Shown here: positions 59,050 to 64,000 of the stretch, in pieces | Numbering within the stretch: position 1 is the stretch's first letter | Layout: the number at the start of each line of letters is the position of its first letter | Source of the DNA: a virus | Virus record (IMG/VR): IMGVR_UViG_3300020429_000529 | Coordinates: 134,762 to 198,761 of that record | Length of the DNA: 64,000 bases | Strand: one strand, 5' to 3' | Program-made: the position numbers and the translations under genes | The notes under the pieces: model-generated | Told to the model about the DNA's origin: nothing | The model's database searches: none | What the model saw: the letters and a program-made list of their open reading frames with translations, nothing else

Positions 59050-59445
59050 ATGAGTAACGATTTCAGAAACGCCAAGAGCGAGCAACTTCGTCGCATGCTC
59101 GAAGAAATGTCAGACAATCTTGATCGAACCGAGAAGCCAAAAGAGACTGAGTATGATGCGGATTCTCGCAGACTCGAAGAGCTTCAGCGAATGAAGAAGG
59201 CTCAGGGTATGACCCCTGGTTTGACCAAGCTTGGAGATGTTGATGAAGAGCGATATCTCAAGCTGTGCGAAGCGTTCGAGAACATGCCGATGGGCAAAGA
59301 TGACAATGGCAATGTACGGACAGGATTTACCTGCAGCGCTCCTCCTGGATGGAAGGAAGAGTACGAGCGATACATGGAAAATCGCCAGCGTCATCTTGGC
59401 GGAGGCGGAAGCGTGAAGCCAGTCGGAAAAAGACGCTGGACTTGA
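59050..59445 (+). CDS. Hypothetical protein
   Basis: 131-aa ORF immediately following; charged, no recognised motifs. Confidence 0.45.
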   Translation: MSNDFRNAKSEQLRRMLEEMSDNLDRTEKPKETEYDADSRRLEELQRMKKAQGMTPGLTKLGDVDEERYLKLCEAFENMPMGKDDNGNVRTGFTCSAPPGWKEEYERYMENRQRHLGGGGSVKPVGKRRWT

Positions 59446-59491
59446 AGTGAATCGATCGTCGGCCTGAGCGCGTTTAGTCGATAGATGGCGC

Positions 59492-60895
59492 ATGAGTAAG
59501 CGCCGAATTACGAACGCAGATTTTTGCCACCTGCACAACCATACTGAATACTCGTCCTTCGATGGATTGAACAAGATTGGCGAGTTCCCTCTTGCTGCGC
59601 GCAAGAAGGGCTTTAGAGCCCTGGCGATGACCGATCACGGTAACATCGGCGGGGCTGTTAAGTTCATGCAGAACTGCCTTGCGCCTGCAAAGGATGAAGA
59701 AGGCAACGAGATCCCTCCCATCAAGCCTATCGTTGGCTGCGAGTTCTATCTCGCCAAAGACAGGCACGCCCATTCGTCAAAAGAACAAACCGACAAACGC
59801 CGAGGCAATCGTCACCTTGTTTTGATGGCGAAGAACTGGACTGGCTACCAGAACCTATGCCGTCTTTCTGAGCATAGCTGGACCGAGGGCGTCTACATTG
59901 ATCCTCGCATCGACCTTGAACTGCTCAACAAGTATCATGAGGGACTAATCTGTACCTCCGCATGCTTGAGCAGCGTCGTCAACGCCAACCTCTTGCATGA
60001 TCGCTATGACCAAGCCAAGAAAGCCGTAACGGTACTCAAGGACATCTTCAAGGACGACTTCTATCTCGAAGCGATGTATCACGGCATCGATGCTGAGGGA
60101 ATGATTATACCTGACATTCTGAAGCTTGCTGAAGAGATGGATGTCACTTGCTATTGCACGAACGATTGCCATTACTGCGAGAAATGTCAAGGCAAGTCTC
60201 AAGAGTTGCTTATGGCGATGTCTACATCTCGTTGCATGAACGATCCGAATCGATTGCACTTTCCGTATCATGAGTTTTACCTGAAGTCTGCTGCAGAGAT
60301 GGCTCAGGCTTTTGGTTCGCATCCTCATCTTCTGACAAATACGATGGGCGTTGCAGAGAAGATCGATTCAGACAACATCTTGACCAACATGACAAGCGGT
60401 ATGCGTTTGCCGAGATTCGACATCCCCGAGGGTCATAGTTCGCCTCACGAATACCTCAGACATCTTGCGTATGAGGGCATGAGGAATCTTGGTTGGGATA
60501 CGAGCGAGAAGCACAAGGCTCGTCTTGAGATGGAGCTTGGCGATATTTGGGTTGCTTGGGAGAACAACAAGTACGACTTTGCAACGTACCTGTTGATTGT
60601 TCGAGATTACATGCAAGAGGCTCGCAATCGAGGCATTTTGACCGGATGCGGTCGAGGCTCGGGCTACGGAAGCGTTCTTCTCCGTTGCTTGGGGATTACC
60701 TACGGACCCGATCCTCTTGAGTACGATTTGCTGTGGGAGCGTTTCCTCGGCTTCGACGACAAGTTCTTCGTTCAAGAGAGCGACTTCGGCCTTGATGAAG
60801 CCAAGACCGCCGTTGACATCGTTGCGGATGCTGCTGATGTCGATGACGAGGCGAGAGAGGTTGATGACGATCTCGGAGGGGTAGACAGGTACTAA
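59492..60895 (+). CDS. dnaE: DNA polymerase III alpha (DnaE) N-terminal fragment: PHP domain plus start of palm, ending in a non-homologous acidic tail
   Basis: PHP motifs FCHLHNHTEYS and ALAMTDHGNIGG. Palm motif GCGRGSGYGSVLLRCLGIT...DPLEYDLLWERFL aligns to E. coli GPGRGSGAGSLVAYALKIT...DPLEFDLLFERFL. The ORF then diverges and stops. Confidence 0.8.
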   Translation: MSKRRITNADFCHLHNHTEYSSFDGLNKIGEFPLAARKKGFRALAMTDHGNIGGAVKFMQNCLAPAKDEEGNEIPPIKPIVGCEFYLAKDRHAHSSKEQTDKRRGNRHLVLMAKNWTGYQNLCRLSEHSWTEGVYIDPRIDLELLNKYHEGLICTSACLSSVVNANLLHDRYDQAKKAVTVLKDIFKDDFYLEAMYHGIDAEGMIIPDILKLAEEMDVTCYCTNDCHYCEKCQGKSQELLMAMSTSRCMNDPNRLHFPYHEFYLKSAAEMAQAFGSHPHLLTNTMGVAEKIDSDNILTNMTSGMRLPRFDIPEGHSSPHEYLRHLAYEGMRNLGWDTSEKHKARLEMELGDIWVAWENNKYDFATYLLIVRDYMQEARNRGILTGCGRGSGYGSVLLRCLGITYGPDPLEYDLLWERFLGFDDKFFVQESDFGLDEAKTAVDIVADAADVDDEAREVDDDLGGVDRY

Positions 60896-60896
60896 A

Positions 60897-61550
60897 ATGT
60901 TCAACATCCCGGTTGCTTGCGAGCCTTGGATGAAGATGCATGTCCGTCAATACCGCCCATCTAAACAAGAAGCGGCGACGAGACCATGGTACATCAGTCA
61001 GGCTGAATGGGATTCGGCAGAAGTCGTCATAGACAAGAAGCCTAAACGAATCCTGGATTACGGTTGCGGCCTCGGCAGAATGAGCGTTTATGTTCACAAG
61101 CAGTTTCAGGATCCGGCTATTGAGTACGTTCTCTTTGATGGAGACTCAACTCCAAGTAAGCAAGGCGCTGGCACTGGTTTTACTCGTCAAGAAATCTTCT
61201 ACAACAATCTGAGGATGACAGAACTGTTTTGCAGGTCCAATGACTTGACCAACTACATGATTGTGAACGCTGAAGAACAGCCCTTGTCAGATGCAGGAGA
61301 GGTTGATCTTGTGATGTCTTTTCTGTCTCTTGGGTATCACTATCCGATTGAGGACAAGCTTGATGAGATCATTGAGATACTGAATCCCGAAGGAACTGTT
61401 GTTGCAGGCGTCAGAGAGGGGCTCTATCTTCCTGAGATGTTCATCAGCAAGTTCAAAAGCGTAGAGCTTCGTCCTATCAAATACTTCGGGCACTATTCAG
61501 AGAATGAAGAGCTACTGATTTTGAAAAGACCCAAGAAACGTCATGGATGA
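60897..61550 (+). CDS. Class I SAM-dependent methyltransferase-like protein (not an obvious DNA methyltransferase)
   Basis: Motif I ILDYGCGLGRMSV, post-I acidic LFDGD and VDLVMSF. No DPPY/NPPY or PCQ motifs. Confidence 0.5.
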   Translation: MFNIPVACEPWMKMHVRQYRPSKQEAATRPWYISQAEWDSAEVVIDKKPKRILDYGCGLGRMSVYVHKQFQDPAIEYVLFDGDSTPSKQGAGTGFTRQEIFYNNLRMTELFCRSNDLTNYMIVNAEEQPLSDAGEVDLVMSFLSLGYHYPIEDKLDEIIEILNPEGTVVAGVREGLYLPEMFISKFKSVELRPIKYFGHYSENEELLILKRPKKRHG

Positions 61551-62166
61551 TCTTCTGTCACAAGCTATTGGCAATCTCGATGGCCTACACAAGGTGAAAG
61601 AGATCGAATTAAGGATTCGGCAGCTAACGCTTGCCGAGCTTGCAACTCTCAAAGGACCAGAGATTAGCTTCTTGTTGAACTACATACGAGACGGTTCGAG
61701 CAGAGGCAACATCATGGAGAAGTTCATACAAGCCAAGCTTGGATTTGAGAAGACTCCTAACGGGACAGATGGAGACCTTATAGATCCCGATACGGGTTTG
61801 ATTTACGAGATCAAGTTCAGTAACGGAGAGAACGACAAGGCGCATTCTTGGAAGCAGGTTAGGCAAGATGAGGATGTCGATGTTCATATCTTTGTTGCTC
61901 ACGATCAAGTAAAAGCGCAGTTTGTTCCGTTCTGCATGGATCGTCAGCAACTTGATTCTCATATTCGCAGACACAAACCGTCTAAGACTCACAAGACATC
62001 AGAGGCTATGAAGACTTTGAGTATGCCTCTGAAGAATGAGGAAGAGTGGTTTAGGGCGTATTGCGATTTGGAAATGGCAGAGATCATCAATGGCATAGAG
62101 GTCCGGGGTCGTTCTCGTGACATGGCAGATCTTGCTCAAGTAGATCTGTTTGCAGACGAGGTGTGA
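61543..62166 (+). CDS. Putative PD-(D/E)xK-fold nuclease-like protein
   Basis: GDLIDPDTGLIYEIKFS matches the D...(D/E)-x-K core arrangement (PD ... E-I-K). Confidence 0.35.
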   Translation: MDDLLSQAIGNLDGLHKVKEIELRIRQLTLAELATLKGPEISFLLNYIRDGSSRGNIMEKFIQAKLGFEKTPNGTDGDLIDPDTGLIYEIKFSNGENDKAHSWKQVRQDEDVDVHIFVAHDQVKAQFVPFCMDRQQLDSHIRRHKPSKTHKTSEAMKTLSMPLKNEEEWFRAYCDLEMAEIINGIEVRGRSRDMADLAQVDLFADEV

Positions 62167-62506
62167 GATGTTGAGCTATGCAGCGGCGCAGGACATCATC
62201 CGCATGGCTAAGCGAGCGGGTGAAGAGATTGCAAAGCAGGTCGAGCCAAGGTATGAAATCGATACGCAAGGTTGGACTTATGAGTTCTGCAGCCGTTATC
62301 ACTCTCATCTTTTGCGGATCTGCTGCTATTGGCAGGCAAAGCCCGGCTCAATGAAAGTGGATGACGAAAGTGACGAGGCATATTGGGCCGAAATGAAAGA
62401 GATGGATCGGCAGTACCAGTTGATTCAAGATTTGCTCAATGCGAAGATCGCCAAGAGCAAGTACGCCAAGTTGAACGTCGAGGCACAGTTTAGCGCAGGT
62501 ATTTGA
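62150..62506 (+). CDS. Hypothetical protein (118 aa)
   Basis: ORF within the dnaE-interrupting insertion. ATGA overlap with the downstream dnaE fragment. Confidence 0.4.
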   Translation: MQTRCEMLSYAAAQDIIRMAKRAGEEIAKQVEPRYEIDTQGWTYEFCSRYHSHLLRICCYWQAKPGSMKVDDESDEAYWAEMKEMDRQYQLIQDLLNAKIAKSKYAKLNVEAQFSAGI

Positions 62507-64000
62507 TGGCAGAAGTTGCAGAAATCACCAAAGAGATACTTGGCTCGGTCAACGAGGACGTTCGTTCTTCTGTCGCCCAAGAGCTTAAGCAGATGACCGA
62601 GACCGAAGGTCTTGATGGCAAGCCCATCATCAACAAGTTCTACAGTATTTGGAAAGCGTCAGACGGCAAGAAGGGTCACGACAACAAGATCAACTCTTGG
62701 ACCGCCTTTCATCTCGGGATGACCGACAAAGAACCTGACGGCGATTTCCTGCCGAGGCGTCGTTGCTTTGCTCGTAAGGGCTTCCCTGATATCGATTCAG
62801 ACTTTGACGATGAGCATCGCGATGAGATCTACGACTACATCATCGAGAAGTATGGTCGAGAGAACGTCGGCAACATCGGTACATATCAGTCGATCAAGCT
62901 GAAGTCGTATATCCGTCAGGTCTTTCGAGCCCTTGATCCAGACAAGGTGTTCAACCCCAAGGTTGCGCTGAGCGAGGACAAGGCAGCCAAGCGAGAGAAC
63001 AACGAGAGATGGCGCAAGGAGACAAACGAAAAGGGAGACGAGATCTCCAAGTCGTTGCCCAAGCAAATTGGCGCAACGATCAGAACAACGGATGAGGAAG
63101 GCAATGAGGTTATCATTTGGACTGTTGAAGACGGTGTTAAGCATTGCGATGACTTTGCAAGATACATACAGAAATACCCTGATCTACTTGCATACTCATC
63201 CGACATTCAGGGTCTTCTTTCCAACTTCAGCGTACATGCCGCAGGAATCGTTATTTCAAGCGTACCTCTTGATTCTATTGCTCCGCTAAGGCGAAGCAAA
63301 AAGAAGAAGAGCGAACTCAGCGAAGATGATGACAACCCATATGAGCTTGCAACGCAGTTTGCGAACGAAGACCTTGAGTTCATGGGTCTCATCAAGTTTG
63401 ATATCCTTGCCATCGCAACGCTGTCTGTTGTGCAGAGAACGATCAATCTGGTCAAAGAAAACTACGGCATCGACATCGATGTAGAGAACCTTGCCCTTGA
63501 TGATAACAAGACGTTTTCGCTGTATCGGAAGGGCGATCTGAATGGCGTCTTCCAGTGCGAAAAGCACGGAATGCAGCACACGATGAAAGAGATCGGCGTT
63601 GACCGATTCGAGGACATCATCGCCGGAGTTGCCCTCTACCGCCCAGGCCCCATGAAGTCCATTCCCTCATACGCCGCTCGTAAGGCTGGCGATGAACAGG
63701 TTGAGTTTTTTCATCCAAAGATTGAGCCTCACGTTAGGGACATTCTTGGCAAGACCTACGGCATCCTTGTTTATCAGGAACAGGTCATGCAGATCTGTAA
63801 CTCGCTTGCGGGCTTCTCGATCACCGATGGCTACGGCATGATTAAGGCGGTCGGCAAGAAGATTCCTTCGCTCATGGCGAAGTATGAGAAGCAGTTTATT
63901 GAGGGCGGCGTCCAGAATGGCGTTCCTGAGAATGTCATCAAGCAGTATTGGGATCAGTTCATTACGCCGTTTGCTTCTTACGGTTTCAACAAGTCTCACG
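62506..64000 (+). CDS. dnaE: DNA polymerase III alpha (DnaE) C-terminal fragment (partial, continues past window end) with about 95-aa non-homologous leader
   Basis: RKGFPDIDSDFDDEHRDEIYDYIIEKYGRENVGNIGTY aligns to E. coli DnaE ...[37 protein letters not shown]. Later GVFQ, ALYRPGPM, LVYQEQVMQI and FNKSH. Confidence 0.8.
   Translation, partial: MAEVAEITKEILGSVNEDVRSSVAQELKQMTETEGLDGKPIINKFYSIWKASDGKKGHDNKINSWTAFHLGMTDKEPDGDFLPRRRCFARKGFPDIDSDFDDEHRDEIYDYIIEKYGRENVGNIGTYQSIKLKSYIRQVFRALDPDKVFNPKVALSEDKAAKRENNERWRKETNEKGDEISKSLPKQIGATIRTTDEEGNEVIIWTVEDGVKHCDDFARYIQKYPDLLAYSSDIQGLLSNFSVHAAGIVISSVPLDSIAPLRRSKKKKSELSEDDDNPYELATQFANEDLEFMGLIKFDILAIATLSVVQRTINLVKENYGIDIDVENLALDDNKTFSLYRKGDLNGVFQCEKHGMQHTMKEIGVDRFEDIIAGVALYRPGPMKSIPSYAARKAGDEQVEFFHPKIEPHVRDILGKTYGILVYQEQVMQICNSLAGFSITDGYGMIKAVGKKIPSLMAKYEKQFIEGGVQNGVPENVIKQYWDQFITPFASYGFNKSH

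Noticed and set aside
60780-62800. Split intein (as in cyanobacterial DnaE) explaining the split dnaE
   Set aside because: The N-fragment tail does not begin with Cys/Ser at the homology breakpoint. The C-fragment leader lacks a terminal HN followed by a C/S/T junction before homology resumes. The split site (after ERFL in the palm) also differs from the known cyanobacterial DnaE intein site.

Overview
This 64 kb window is almost entirely coding, with every gene on the + strand and many start/stop overlaps (ATGA, TAATG). That layout fits a large phage or megaphage (or a prophage) better than a bacterial chromosome.

The first ~40 kb is a run of giant ORFs of 2605, 2816, 1578, 1175 and 3261 aa, plus three smaller genes. 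They are built from reiterated beta-propeller, FN3, LamG-like, Kelch, VWA and low-complexity Gly/Ser/Asp modules, and are probably virion fibre or adhesin proteins. Glycosyltransferase genes flank the cluster on both sides (one GT4 upstream; GT2, GT4, GT2 downstream).

The last ~21 kb is a DNA metabolism module:
- a Myb-like/metallophosphoesterase fusion, a zinc-ribbon protein, an SF2 DExH helicase and a Dam-like m6A methyltransferase;
- a classical AAA ATPase interrupted by a 448-aa intein with LAGLIDADG-like motifs, inserted just before Walker B;
- a putative helicase loader, a DnaB-family helicase and a DnaG-type primase that has only its zinc-finger domain;
- two tandem beta-class DNA methyltransferases (DPPY and SPPY);
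- a Pol III alpha (DnaE) gene split into two ORFs by a 1.6 kb insertion carrying a SAM-methyltransferase-like gene, a PD-(D/E)xK nuclease-like gene and a small ORF.

No rRNA, tRNA or CRISPR arrays were seen. All domain calls come from motifs read by eye in the translations and need HMM or structure-based confirmation.
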